Below are positions 38,200-48,782 of a stretch of 64,000 nt of DNA, one piece after another. Both the position numbers and the translations under genes were made by a program. The notes under the pieces were generated by a model that did no database searches, had not been told where the DNA came from, and saw only the letters and a list, made by a program, of their open reading frames with translations. Position 1 is the stretch's first letter. Every line of letters begins with the position of its first letter. The DNA comes from Oligoflexia bacterium (lineage in GTDB: Bacteria; Bdellovibrionota_C; UBA2361; JAFLCA01): positions 13,767-77,766 of the forward strand of contig JAIBBV010000005.1 in assembly GCA_019694465.1 (NCBI GenBank), given 5' to 3'.

Positions 38200-38874
38200 C
38201 TATGCTCCCAAGAAGATACTGGCTAAGCGTGCGAACATGCTCTGGTTAAGCACGAAGGCCGAAAGGATATCCAGGCCAACTGCACACAAAATTGCGAACA
38301 GCCCCATTGTAGCTGCGGCTAAGCGACGCTGCCCTTCTGCTGTGCGCACCAAGCCCCAAGTGATGGAGAAGCTCCACAGTCCGTTACTAAAGTGGTATGT
38401 CACAGCGATAATACCAAGAACGTACAAGCTCAACACCGCAGGACGATTTAGCATCGACTGCATATCTGCGAAGGTAATCGCAGATCCTTTAATGAACAAG
38501 GCCCAAGCTCTGGTAGTAAGCACGTGCACGGCGATATAAGCAAAAGCAATTATACCGCTCACGCGCTGAAAAAAATAAGCCCAATTTCTTGCGTAACCGT
38601 AGTTCGCGACATTAGGTCGCGAAGAGGCTGTTATAAACAGTCCAAACACGGCATGAAAAAGGATTGGCAACAGAAGTACCGCAACTTCCATCACGTAAAT
38701 GTAAGGCATCTCCGAGATCTTCAGTACCGTCTGATTAAATGCTTCAGCACCGTGCCGAGCTGACGCGTTCTCAAAAAAATGAAACAACAAGAACCCGCCG
38801 ATCGGAACTATCCCTGTTAGGGAGTGCAACCTACGCAACAGGAAATACCAACCTGTTTCAACCTTCTCCGTCAC
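38200..38874 (-). CDS. sdhC: Succinate dehydrogenase cytochrome b558 subunit (single-subunit, type B anchor)
   Basis: RRLHSLTGIVPIG, FHAVFG, FQRVSG, AVHV, YHFSNGLWSFSITWG. Confidence 0.93.
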   Translation of the reverse strand: MTEKVETGWYFLLRRLHSLTGIVPIGGFLLFHFFENASARHGAEAFNQTVLKISEMPYIYVMEVAVLLLPILFHAVFGLFITASSRPNVANYGYARNWAYFFQRVSGIIAFAYIAVHVLTTRAWALFIKGSAITFADMQSMLNRPAVLSLYVLGIIAVTYHFSNGLWSFSITWGLVRTAEGQRRLAAATMGLFAILCAVGLDILSAFVLNQSMFARLASIFLGA

Positions 38875-38882
38875 GCCGCCTC

Positions 38883-39809
38883 CTACAAGATAGATATTAC
38901 TGAACGCACGCTGCTCACGCTCTTTTCAAGCTGTCCCTTCTCCTGAGCAGATAGTTCAATCTCAATGACTTTCTCTACGCCGCCGGCGCCAAGTATTACT
39001 GGAACGCCTAAATAGATGCCCTTAACTCCATATTCACCGTTACAGTACGCAGCAACTGGCATCAACTTCTTTTTGTCGTGCAGGTAGGCCTCAGCCATTA
39101 GGATTGCCGACGCGGCAGGCGAGTAAAATGCCGAGCCAGTCTTAAGCAGCGCCACCACTTCTCCGCCTGAGCCTCGCACGCGCTTCTCAATTGCGTCGAG
39201 CTTCTCTTTGGCCATCATGCGCTCAATTGGAATACCACCACAGGATGTATATGAACGCACTGGCACCATGTCATCGCCATGGCCGCCCAAAACGAATGCC
39301 GATACAGAAGTAGTAGAGACCCTTAAGTCTTCGGCTAAATGTGCCTGGTAGCGCGCAGTGTCAAGCACACCGGCCATTCCGCATACGCGAGCAGCTGGGA
39401 AGCCAGTCACTTGTTGCATCAAGTAAGTCATCACATCAAGCGGATTGGTAATCACGATAACGAAAGCTTTAGGGGCATTCTTCTTGATTCCCTCGCCTAC
39501 CTTGCGCACGATGTCGGCGTTAGTCTTAACCAAGTCATCACGGCTCATGCCTGGTTTACGTGGTATGCCGGAGGTAACGATACAAACGTCGGCTCCCGCG
39601 ATATCTTCGATAGCGTTAGTGCCCTTAATATTGAAGTCGAGACCAAACACTGGACCAACATGGGTTAGATCGAGCGCCTTACCCTGCGGCATTCCTTCGA
39701 CCACGTCATACAGGACTACATCTCCAAGCCCTCGCAAGCCCGCCAGCAAAGCTAGGGTTCCACCAATTTGACCTGCACCGATAAGGGCAATCTTCTTTCG
39801 ACTACTCAT
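38883..39809 (-). CDS. mdh: Malate dehydrogenase (LDH-like)
   Basis: [30 protein letters not shown]; precedes sdhC. Confidence 0.97.
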   Translation of the reverse strand: MSSRKKIALIGAGQIGGTLALLAGLRGLGDVVLYDVVEGMPQGKALDLTHVGPVFGLDFNIKGTNAIEDIAGADVCIVTSGIPRKPGMSRDDLVKTNADIVRKVGEGIKKNAPKAFVIVITNPLDVMTYLMQQVTGFPAARVCGMAGVLDTARYQAHLAEDLRVSTTSVSAFVLGGHGDDMVPVRSYTSCGGIPIERMMAKEKLDAIEKRVRGSGGEVVALLKTGSAFYSPAASAILMAEAYLHDKKKLMPVAAYCNGEYGVKGIYLGVPVILGAGGVEKVIEIELSAQEKGQLEKSVSSVRSVISIL

Positions 39810-40942
39810 GGTTTTTTATCTCCATCAACACCTGAAACTTTATCTGTACCTGTTTTTACCGCTGAACTAAGGTTCGGGCTAGCCTTAACCTGGTTCGCCT
39901 CAATAAGGCCAAGTTGGGCAATTAGGTCATTATAATCAGTGCGCTTAACGTCTATGGCGCCATTTCCAGAGTGTTCACCAACTACAAAATAACGCGGTCC
40001 AGCGCTCATAAGCTGCTTGGACAACTCAAGCCGGAGCAAAGCCTCACCGCCTGGCCCTGCAAGCGCGTTAACCTGCTCAAGCAATCCTTCCACTTCAGCC
40101 TTACCCTGTGCGGCGATAGAAAGTGCCTCATTAACCTTAGCCTGATAATAGCCATCCCCACGCAGCGTGGCCTGCTTCTTAAAGCCCTGCGCCTCTGCTA
40201 CTTGACGATTCACGACCGCTACGGCGTTATTAAGCTCTTGCAGCTTTTTAGCCTTAATAGTCGCAATGCGCGACTTCTCTCTTCCGGTATCCTCTCGAAG
40301 CTTCTGAATTTCAGTTAGTTTATCCTGGTAGCTGCTATCGATGGTTCCGTCAGGCAGCACACGCTCAAAGCGATATCCGTCCAGGGCAACACCCACAATC
40401 TCAATTCCGTAACGTTGCAAGCGCGAGCGCATGGAGTCACGCGCACGATCGATGGCTTCATAGCGCGACTTGTCATTTAGAAACTTTGAGGTCTCGAGTT
40501 CGTTCATTGAGGTCCTGATATCGGCGCGACCTATCGCTACTATCAAGGCGCGAACCGCAGCGTCATCAACAGCTCCTTCGCTAATTAATTTGGCTAACTT
40601 ATCCGCTTCGGGCAACACTCGATAACGGATAGTAACTCCCAGAGCAACCTCATTCCCATCTAGCGCTCTGGTGTAAACAAAATCGCTAGCGACCTTGCCA
40701 CCTGAATCAACGCTGTGTGCGCCCCAAGAGATATCTTTCACCGACACATCGAATCTATAGATTGAGTCCCACGGCATCACCAATGTAGTCTCGCCTGGAG
40801 AAACCACATGACTTGAAATTCCACCCAGAGCAAACGGAGGTAGACGCCGAAAACGTACCCCCACTTCAGTTGGCTTCATGGTTTGGCATCCACAAAGCGC
40901 CAAAAGAGAAATAGCTGCTAGCGCCGTTCTAAGTGCCTTCAT
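39806..40942 (-). CDS. SPFH/band-7 domain protein with lipobox
   Basis: [19 protein letters not shown] signal II; SPFH-like core ([19 protein letters not shown]), coiled coil with AQG/AAQGKAE; ATGA overlaps on both sides. Confidence 0.8.
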   Translation of the reverse strand: MKALRTALAAISLLALCGCQTMKPTEVGVRFRRLPPFALGGISSHVVSPGETTLVMPWDSIYRFDVSVKDISWGAHSVDSGGKVASDFVYTRALDGNEVALGVTIRYRVLPEADKLAKLISEGAVDDAAVRALIVAIGRADIRTSMNELETSKFLNDKSRYEAIDRARDSMRSRLQRYGIEIVGVALDGYRFERVLPDGTIDSSYQDKLTEIQKLREDTGREKSRIATIKAKKLQELNNAVAVVNRQVAEAQGFKKQATLRGDGYYQAKVNEALSIAAQGKAEVEGLLEQVNALAGPGGEALLRLELSKQLMSAGPRYFVVGEHSGNGAIDVKRTDYNDLIAQLGLIEANQVKASPNLSSAVKTGTDKVSGVDGDKKP

Positions 40943-42111
40943 TTGCGATCGACCCCCAGTCTTTTGATCCAACGCTGCATGTCAAAGGGGTCTGGGTCGC
41001 TCACAATTCCACCTTTTAGAGTGGAAAGCAGCGGCGCCATCTCGCGTGCAACAAATATCTGAGCACCGGCCGCTTGGGCCAGTGCACCTGCGCGCTGCCG
41101 ATCGACCTCCGCTTTAGCTTTCGCGACTAGCAAATCAGCTTCAGCTTTTTTCTTTGCCTCATACAATTCACCCTCAGAGCGAATAACTTTTGCCTGGTTT
41201 TCGCCTTCCACCAGCTTAGTTTGGATCTGGGCGTCCGCTTCGGCAGCAGCCTGCTCCAAGTCTGCTTGGGCCTTGGCCAAATCGCTAGCAGCCTCATTGA
41301 GCCGCTCTTCCTGCACCTGCAAGTTTTTCTGGAAAATCGCATTGTCTATGCGTTCAGCTTGATATGTGAAGCGTCTAAGCAAAATAGCCTCAAGCAATAT
41401 ACCATCTCTGGTAAGTATCTTGTTGGCGTGGTCAAGCGCTTCTTTAACCTGCTCTTCTCGTTTGTCAGGATCATAGAAATCAGATGTGCTAAGTCGCCCC
41501 AGCGTGCGCTTCAACTGATCGTCCACCGTTCTGCGAATATGGTTATTCCAACGATCTGCGCTTAGCCCAATATTAGTTAGTAGCTCGGCTGGACCACCAT
41601 GCGCTTCACCCACTTCGGCGGGCTGATCAAAAAAGCGACTAACGACCGAGAGGTCAACGTCAATAATCGCGCGGTCGGCGGTTTGAATTTCGAGAGGGCC
41701 CACTCCTTCGAGCCCTTCTTCGCTGCGTCTTTGCATATTAAAAAGCTGCAAAGTAACGGGAACCAGGTGAATCGTGGAGTAAGAAGGAATTACAATATGG
41801 TAACCAGGCTTTAGGCCACGATCTCCAAACCCCTGTGCCGGTCCAACCATTACCTGTCGCACCCCCATCATTCCCGGCGGAACAACAGCGCCGAAAAAGT
41901 ACAAGCCAACCCCAATCAACAAAGCCAACGAGAGCAGTGGCAGGAATCCGCTCAGAATACCGCCAGACTCAGAAATGAGCCTCAAGGCAAAAATAGGCCC
42001 GCGAGGAGCTTGCGCTGAAGAGCGGCCAAATTCCGGAACAGCAACTCTTAGATTGCGATAACAAACTTGAGAAACCATATGCTGCGGCAATGTATCACGA
42101 AAATGCCGCAA
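40939..42111 (-). CDS. SPFH/band-7 domain membrane protein (HflK/C-like)
   Basis: N-terminal TM, VVPPGMMGVRQ, LKPGYH, IQTADRAIIDVDLSV, Ala/Glu-rich coiled coil. Start uncertain. Confidence 0.82.
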   Translation of the reverse strand: MRHFRDTLPQHMVSQVCYRNLRVAVPEFGRSSAQAPRGPIFALRLISESGGILSGFLPLLSLALLIGVGLYFFGAVVPPGMMGVRQVMVGPAQGFGDRGLKPGYHIVIPSYSTIHLVPVTLQLFNMQRRSEEGLEGVGPLEIQTADRAIIDVDLSVVSRFFDQPAEVGEAHGGPAELLTNIGLSADRWNNHIRRTVDDQLKRTLGRLSTSDFYDPDKREEQVKEALDHANKILTRDGILLEAILLRRFTYQAERIDNAIFQKNLQVQEERLNEAASDLAKAQADLEQAAAEADAQIQTKLVEGENQAKVIRSEGELYEAKKKAEADLLVAKAKAEVDRQRAGALAQAAGAQIFVAREMAPLLSTLKGGIVSDPDPFDMQRWIKRLGVDRK

Positions 42112-42147
42112 GAGAGAAAGGGAGATGGCAACTAAAATTGCAATCTC

Positions 42148-43128
42148 TTAGAGCGCAGTATCTAGCTTTTTGGCCAGCTCTAGGAACCGAGCCGGGTTTT
42201 TAGGCTGACGATCAACAAGCACCTCAAAATGCAGATGGGGCCCAGTGGAACGCCCTGTGGAGCCAGCCAAGCCAATGACATCGCCTCGGGCGATCTTCTG
42301 ACCTGGTCTAACCAGCGCCTTCGACAAATGAGCGTAGCGAGTGATAATGCGGTTATTGTGGCGGACATCAACCCTTAGCCCATATGTCGAATTCCAGCCG
42401 ACCTCAGCGACCTCTCCAAAGGCTGAGGAAAAAACCTTGGCGCCGTAAGGAAGTGAAAAATCAATTCCCTCGTGCATACGCAGGCTATGCTCAAAGGGAG
42501 AAACACGAACACCAAAAAACGAGCTAACATCGCCCACAGCGGGCAGCCCAAAAGGGATGACTTTAATCGCCTCTATTAGCTTATCCAATAGGGCCACTAG
42601 CTCAGGATCATTAGCTGGTGTCTGACCAGACCACGACGCCATCGGACTATCGTCACCGGAATCTGCACTTGGAAGCCCATCACAGGAACTGCCTTTGCAA
42701 TCAATTTCAGCTCCCCCGACCCCTTCTTTCTTATCTGGCTTAACAGCCCCACGTTTATCAAATACGCCCAAGGATGTCGCTGATTCTACGAGGCCAGCCA
42801 ACTGCTCAAGTCGCAGCTTTATGTCTGCCTCGTAATTAGCTGCCTTGTTAGTTGTATGCTGCAGGTCTTGTACCTGGGCCCTAAGCGACTGGGTGCGCTC
42901 TAAAAGGTTATTCCTTTCAGAGGTTAACTTACGAAGAGAGAAGTAGGTTTCGACACGGGATATCTGCAGTCTGGCATAGTCGCCCAGCATGTATACAAAT
43001 ACACCCCCGAGCATCATTGCGGCAACAAAAGCTGCAATGACGCGGCGCAATGTGAGACGGTACTTACGGACCTTGCCCTCATTAGGGGGCACGATCCACA
43101 AGCAGTAATCCTTATTGAGGAGCTTCAT
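42148..43128 (-). CDS. M23 family metallopeptidase
   Basis: N-terminal TM plus coiled coil; HEGIDF, YAHL, GRSTGPHLHFEV. Start moved to MKLLNK (43128). Confidence 0.93.
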   Translation of the reverse strand: MKLLNKDYCLWIVPPNEGKVRKYRLTLRRVIAAFVAAMMLGGVFVYMLGDYARLQISRVETYFSLRKLTSERNNLLERTQSLRAQVQDLQHTTNKAANYEADIKLRLEQLAGLVESATSLGVFDKRGAVKPDKKEGVGGAEIDCKGSSCDGLPSADSGDDSPMASWSGQTPANDPELVALLDKLIEAIKVIPFGLPAVGDVSSFFGVRVSPFEHSLRMHEGIDFSLPYGAKVFSSAFGEVAEVGWNSTYGLRVDVRHNNRIITRYAHLSKALVRPGQKIARGDVIGLAGSTGRSTGPHLHFEVLVDRQPKNPARFLELAKKLDTAL

Positions 43129-43316
43129 ACACTTTAAACTTCTTAAACCAACCTCGACATGCCTGACAACAGTACTGCGAGCCTCCGAATGTGCACCATC
43201 TGGAGCACAGGCGGAAACCACGACAAGCCCCCCTCGTTTTACCCTGACAACAAACACAAAGGCTACGAGATCTGCCCGTCAGAATCAAATGCCAACGACT
43301 ATAGCCAAAAAGCGTT

Positions 43317-44981
43317 CTACTTTCCGCCGCTTAGGCCTGAAGATTTAGATGATAAAAGCTCCCTAGCGGACTCTCTAGAAGCGGCAGTCACCTGATAACC
43401 AGCTAACATTCTTGCAATTTCCTCTATTTTCTCCTCTCCGCTAAGCTCACGAATTACGCTCACAGTGCGCTTGCCGGCCCTTTTGCCCACAAGAAAATGG
43501 TGCTGTGCAAGGCTTGCTACCTGCGGCAAATGGGTAATGCAAATAACCTGCGAAAGCTTGGCTAAGTCCTTGAGCTTTTCGCCCACCGCCCTAGCCACCC
43601 CGCCCGAGATACCTGAATCGACCTCATCAAAAACCAGCACATTAACGCCGGACTTTTCGCGAAGCAGCTTCTTTAGTACTAGCGTAATGCGAGCCAACTC
43701 CCCACCGGAGGCAATCTCGCGCAACGGCAACGCGGGGGTACCTGGGTTAGGGGCAATGAGCATCTCGACTCGATCGCACCCAAATGTACTCAAATCATCT
43801 GGCTCTAAGGAGACCCTAAACTTTGTCTGCATCGCGAGCTCAGCCAGCTCCCCCTCCACTGCCTTCTCCAACTTACGCGCTCCACGCTCACGAATTTTGG
43901 TTATTTCTCGCGCCAACTCCTGACACGCGAACTCAAGTTGGCTCAGCTTTGCCCTTAGCTCACTAACATCCGACTCTTCTCCGACCCCCGAAAGCTCTGC
44001 TCGCGCGCTTTGGAGCAGCGCGCACAAGGCCTCGTCATTTAGACGATACTTACGCTCCAATCTAGCAATTTCAGCCAGCTCTTCACGGCGTTGGTCTAAC
44101 AATTCAGGATTAAGCTCCACAGACTGCGCGGCTTTATCTATTTTTCGAAGCAGGTCCTCAGCTGCAGCTGAAATATCTCTGGCCTCTCTCAGCAATGGAG
44201 AGACAGAGTCAAATTTTACGGCCACATCGGCAAGTAAGGCTTCCAATCGCCCTAACTGCTCATTTATGCCACCTTCGCTACCTATAAAATCTCTAGCACT
44301 GGCCAAACCCTGCACTATATCGCCGGCCCGCGACAGCAGCTTGACCTCAGCCTCTAGGCGTGCGCGAGTCCCTGGCTCGAGTTCGACCTTGGAGAGCTCT
44401 TCCACTATAAATTCCAATTCGGCTCTTCTGCGCGCTGCGCGCTGACTGCCTTCCTCAAGATCGCGAAGTCGACGCGCAGTCTCTTTCATCTCCCGGTACA
44501 AACGACTCAATTTTTCTACTTGCTGTTCAGCACCAGCAAACCCATCCAAAAACTCACGGTGCGAGGCTGGCTCCAGTAGGCGCACATGCTGATGCTGTCC
44601 ACAAATATTTACTACCTTTGAGGCTAGCTCACTTAAAGTGGCGAGTGTGCCCATTTTGCCATTTATATACACGCGACTACGGCCAGCAGAGTTTAGACTT
44701 CTGCAAAGCGTAAACTCATCGCCTCCTACCAGCTCTTGAACTGCTCGACGCGCTTCAGGTGTGGCGTCGCTCATTTCAAAAAGTGCCTGAACTTCTGCCT
44801 CCTCGGTTCCAGCATGAATAAAGTGCGGACGCGGCCGGGCGCCTAGCAAGAACTCTATCGCGTGCAGAACGATCGACTTACCGCTGCCAGTCTCCCCACT
44901 TAAAACATTGAGGCCCGGACCAAAGCAGATGGTTTGCTGTTCAATGATGGCGACGTTAGAAATCTGAAGCTCACGTAACAT
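43317..44981 (-). CDS. recN: DNA repair protein RecN
   Basis: LSGETGSGKS, GQHQH, ASGGELARI, FDEVDSGISG, ITHLPQVA. Confidence 0.96.
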   Translation of the reverse strand: MLRELQISNVAIIEQQTICFGPGLNVLSGETGSGKSIVLHAIEFLLGARPRPHFIHAGTEEAEVQALFEMSDATPEARRAVQELVGGDEFTLCRSLNSAGRSRVYINGKMGTLATLSELASKVVNICGQHQHVRLLEPASHREFLDGFAGAEQQVEKLSRLYREMKETARRLRDLEEGSQRAARRRAELEFIVEELSKVELEPGTRARLEAEVKLLSRAGDIVQGLASARDFIGSEGGINEQLGRLEALLADVAVKFDSVSPLLREARDISAAAEDLLRKIDKAAQSVELNPELLDQRREELAEIARLERKYRLNDEALCALLQSARAELSGVGEESDVSELRAKLSQLEFACQELAREITKIRERGARKLEKAVEGELAELAMQTKFRVSLEPDDLSTFGCDRVEMLIAPNPGTPALPLREIASGGELARITLVLKKLLREKSGVNVLVFDEVDSGISGGVARAVGEKLKDLAKLSQVICITHLPQVASLAQHHFLVGKRAGKRTVSVIRELSGEEKIEEIARMLAGYQVTAASRESARELLSSKSSGLSGGK

Positions 44982-44984
44982 TAC

Positions 44985-45866
44985 TCACTCCGAGCGATTG
45001 GCGATCCCCCAATTAAGCTTGCCACGCAAAATTCCAAAATAAGATTTATGCGGCGAATTCACAAAGCGCACCTTGAACTTAGACTTTGTTACATGCACCC
45101 GATCGCCCGGATGAAGATCAACGCGCACCTGCCCATCTGCCACCGCTACTACATGCCCATCGTACTGAGGCACTCTAACCTCGATCACATTGGATAATCC
45201 CAGAACCAGTGGCCGCAGCGTCAAAGAGTGGGCGCAAATCGGCGTAACCAAGCAAACGTCCAATTCAGGGTGAACAATTGACCCTCCAGCGGCCAATGAA
45301 TAAGCAGTTGAGCCGGTCGGAGTGGCAATTATTAGCCCGTCACTGCGCACGCGCACGACATCCTCGCCATTAACAGCCACATCCAGATCCAGTAGACGGT
45401 TGTGTGCAGCCTTCTGAATAACCACATCATTGACCGCTTGAGACGAGAACACGCAGCGCTCTTTACGTTTTTCGTCGCGCAAAACTTCACAGCGCAGGAG
45501 GGATCGCTCAGCTATTTCAATTTTTTTATCTCCAGATACAAGCCGCTCAATAACAGGCAACAAATCCTGTGGCGATAGTTCGGTCAAAAAACCCAGCGTC
45601 CCAAAATTTACGCCTACCAATAAAGGCGAGGACTGTCCCACATAGCGCGCCACTCCAATCATCGTACCGTCACCACCCAAAATAGCGATGGGATCAGCTT
45701 TTCTTACCAACTCCTCGACCACGAGACCTTCAGCCCCGTACATCTCAGCAGACTTTTGCTCGAATAAAACTCGATGATTATGCTTAGCGGACCAACGCAG
45801 CAATTCCTTGCCAAGCTCTAGCGCTTGCTCATTTCCTGGCCTAACTACTAACCCTATATTTGTCAT
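44985..45866 (-). CDS. nadK: NAD(+) kinase
   Basis: LGGDGT, GVNFGTLGFL, AVND, DGLIIATPTGSTAYSLAAGG. Confidence 0.96.
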   Translation of the reverse strand: MTNIGLVVRPGNEQALELGKELLRWSAKHNHRVLFEQKSAEMYGAEGLVVEELVRKADPIAILGGDGTMIGVARYVGQSSPLLVGVNFGTLGFLTELSPQDLLPVIERLVSGDKKIEIAERSLLRCEVLRDEKRKERCVFSSQAVNDVVIQKAAHNRLLDLDVAVNGEDVVRVRSDGLIIATPTGSTAYSLAAGGSIVHPELDVCLVTPICAHSLTLRPLVLGLSNVIEVRVPQYDGHVVAVADGQVRVDLHPGDRVHVTKSKFKVRFVNSPHKSYFGILRGKLNWGIANRSE

Positions 45867-45874
45867 GATCTTTC

Positions 45875-46369
45875 CTACTTCTTCTGCTTCTCTACGCTTG
45901 TCCCAGCGGGTGGAGTCTGAAGCACTTCTCCTATCCGGGCGCGAGCCCTTTCGCGTGTAATAAACTCCCTTCCGGACACAGCCGCATTCAAACGTCCCGG
46001 ACCAGAGGTTACTTCATCGTAAACACTCAGCCAATTCTTACGCTCCTCTTCCGGGAGAGCATTAGATAGCCGGACCTGCTCGTAGCCACCAAGACTAAGA
46101 GCTGCATTACCTAAAACATATAGCGCATACGGCGGGAACACAAAGATTGAGCCGGCTGTTAGTGCAGTTTCACCAATGCCATTTCCATAGAGCCAGTTTT
46201 GACCAACTCGGTCTAGTAACTCTTGAGACTCCTGCGGGGACAGTTGGCGATTAGCCAGCTGCCCAATTGAGGGGGTCTCACGGGCGCTGTCCTGGGCTGG
46301 AGTGCAAGCCACCAACTGTACGAATAGGCCAAATATAAGACCTGCCCTATAGCATGCGCTCTGAATCAT
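45875..46369 (-). CDS. Hypothetical lipoprotein
   Basis: Lipobox LVAC after a hydrophobic stretch; 8 nt upstream of nadK. Confidence 0.7.
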   Translation of the reverse strand: MIQSACYRAGLIFGLFVQLVACTPAQDSARETPSIGQLANRQLSPQESQELLDRVGQNWLYGNGIGETALTAGSIFVFPPYALYVLGNAALSLGGYEQVRLSNALPEEERKNWLSVYDEVTSGPGRLNAAVSGREFITRERARARIGEVLQTPPAGTSVEKQKK

Positions 46370-46642
46370 ATCGGCTATATTTCGCCCGTGTTGCGGAATA
46401 ACTCCTTATATTGTGCTTTGGCTGCTTGCACTTGGAAAGATAGATAAAACACAGATTGATCCTGACCATTGAAACAACAAAAGCTTCTACCGCTTTTGAC
46501 CTAGCTCTGGCATCCTAGTTAAAGCTCGTGGCTTCGAAGGAGATGTCCGTTAGGGTCGCGAGCGCTTGTTCTTCACGGCATGCTTGTTAGAGCAGCCAGT
46601 TGCCATTGCGGTAATGCTTTAGGTTTATACTCGGAGCCTTTT

Positions 46643-47425
46643 ATGAGTCGGATTAAGCTAGGATTATTTTCTGCAGTAGCACTTTCCTTCGTAAATCTAG
46701 CGCATGCGCAGACTGCTACACCCACGGCTGCTCCTAGTAATATCCTCATTACGGAAGGTATTGGCGATGACGTCGATCGTGGCCACCGCAATCCTACCTT
46801 ATCGGTAGAAGTCAAACATGTGGGGCAAGGCATTAAGATCTTGGCTGACGCTACAGTCTCGAACGAAGGCTACGCACACTTCCCAATTAAATTTGAATTC
46901 TTTGTTAATCGTAAATTATTCGCTACTCAGATTCGCACCACAGCCCTGCCCGGCCCAGTTGGAGTGGATATAGGGCGTGATGTGGCAGAGCCTCCTTTCA
47001 ACTACACTGCTGTGGCAACATTGCTGCACCCCAATCGCCAGTTCACCACCATCATTGAGGGGTCTGTCTATGCGGTCGACTTGGCAACGAACTTTGACTG
47101 TTCCATCACTCGTCCTGCCGACAGCGAAGACAGCGTAAAGCTTTTCACGGAAAACGGTGTCAACACCATTCAGAGCGGAAACGACACCTTGTCGCTTGCC
47201 GTCAACAATGCCAAGAGCACAGGCGGCGGGCTTACAGCTACCCTTAATGGTTCAGTAGTTATTAAGCTAAGTGACTACAGCGCTACCGCCACACTGAGCT
47301 ACATTGAGGGATCAGCTGAAGCCGTAAGCCTCGAGTTATCCGGCTCAGTTACGGTACAAGATGGAAAACTTAGCTCTTTAAGCCTGTCCTCTGCGGACGG
47401 AGAAACAACTGTTCGCTGCTCCTAG
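46643..47425 (+). CDS. Hypothetical secreted beta-rich protein
   Basis: GGAG SD before ATG 46643; signal peptide ending AHA-Q; Thr/Ser-rich with alternating beta-strand pattern. Confidence 0.75.
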   Translation: MSRIKLGLFSAVALSFVNLAHAQTATPTAAPSNILITEGIGDDVDRGHRNPTLSVEVKHVGQGIKILADATVSNEGYAHFPIKFEFFVNRKLFATQIRTTALPGPVGVDIGRDVAEPPFNYTAVATLLHPNRQFTTIIEGSVYAVDLATNFDCSITRPADSEDSVKLFTENGVNTIQSGNDTLSLAVNNAKSTGGGLTATLNGSVVIKLSDYSATATLSYIEGSAEAVSLELSGSVTVQDGKLSSLSLSSADGETTVRCS

Positions 47426-47529
47426 TAAGTGATTAATCGCATTTCCGTTAAACACTGCCCCCTAAGCGCATCTGGGCCCCTAGAAGATTACTAGGCAAGA
47501 TACAGCGCGCCGGCCTCCCTTTCTACAAG

Positions 47530-47681
47530 TCATTTCAAAAATGGGCTCCTGCCTATCTTTGAATCGCTCCGAGCTCGGCATGGGGCCAAAAGTGCTCATA
47601 CCGAGCCTGGCTACAAACGCCTTCGGCCTTAGCCGCGCCATCCTTGGCGCGACTAGAAGCCATTTTTGAGATAGCTTCTAG
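47530..47681. repeat. Short palindromic MITE/REP-like element
   Basis: Terminal inverted tcaaaaatgg / ccatttttga; internal hairpins gctcggcatgg..tcataccgagc and cgcgcca-tcct-tggcgcg; closing ctagaagc..gcttctag. Confidence 0.5.
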
Positions 47682-48221
47682 TAATACTAGGCCAGATAGT
47701 ATGCCCAGGAGCTTGTTAACTTTTTTGCGCACAAATTTTGATTAAGCCCACACGGGATGATAAATAGAACAAACGGGTGATTTATGATCATCTGGCTGCC
47801 TATAGCTGCTGCGCTCACTGCGGCGAGGCTGGCATTATTAGTACCCCTCAAAATGGTTAAGCGATGTTAACAGTACCTACCACAGCACGCGACGTTGGCA
47901 TGTCAACCTCGACGAACGAGCCACTTTTTGTTGGTGGAATGGATCTAGTACCCGGACGCAGTTTTGCTGCGGAGGAAAGACAGAGACAAGCAACGCCACT
48001 GGAGCCACCTAGCAATTCCAATATTACTGTTGATTCAGACCAAGGCGGCGCCCCTGAGGGTGCGCTGGTTTTAGCTGACCTTCGATGCTATTCACGCACT
48101 AGCGCCTAAAAATTGACCCTTGATACTGCTAGCTTGACGGGGGCAGTTATAAGCTGTTCCAAAAAATAATTTCCGCGAGAAGACAGCATTGATCAGGATC
48201 GCAAAATGATTTTCTGGGTAG

Positions 48222-48773
48222 CTACTTCTTCAGCAACTTCTCAAATCGCACTTGGCTGTTGGGGCTATCCCAACGCCGTGGTCCTGTAATCCGAACGACC
48301 AGTTCTCCATCCTCGGGATCAGGCAGTAGAACTAAGCGACCATCTCGCCCTATAATGAAGGTCTCCGGCACTCCACTAATCTGATAATCAGCCTTAATTT
48401 GCCCGTCATCATCCAAGGCGATTGGAAAGCTAAGTCCATATTGTCGACGAAACTGCTCCACGCTCTCTTGGCTGTCATCTACAGCCACAGCCAGTACCAC
48501 CAAGCCCTTGTCCTTATATTTTGCGTACAGACGCTCTAGTCCCGGCATTTCTTGAACGCACGGCCCACACCAAGTAGCCCAGATATTCAAAAGCACAACT
48601 TTCCCCTGGAAGTCGCTAAGACTAATAAGCTTTCCGCCATCCAAAGACGGATATGATGTGGTGGGAGGAAAATTTCCAGGCGCAAGACCGGTCTCGCTCG
48701 AGCGAGTGCAGCCAAAGGGCATGCTTAGCCCAAGCACGGCAACTAATATTACCCGTTGGATAACAGATCTCAC
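48222..48773 (-). CDS. TlpA/ResA family thiol-disulfide oxidoreductase
   Basis: GKVVLLNIWATWCGPCVQEMP, GVPETFII; N-terminal signal with possible lipobox (FGC). Confidence 0.93.
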   Translation of the reverse strand: MRSVIQRVILVAVLGLSMPFGCTRSSETGLAPGNFPPTTSYPSLDGGKLISLSDFQGKVVLLNIWATWCGPCVQEMPGLERLYAKYKDKGLVVLAVAVDDSQESVEQFRRQYGLSFPIALDDDGQIKADYQISGVPETFIIGRDGRLVLLPDPEDGELVVRITGPRRWDSPNSQVRFEKLLKK

Positions 48774-48782
48774 CGCCAGTTG

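Noticed and set aside
47784-48109. 28-aa hydrophobic ORF 47784..47870 and overlapping 81-aa ORF 47864..48109
   Set aside because: No convincing SD and no motif; they cannot be told apart from chance ORFs or a decayed gene.
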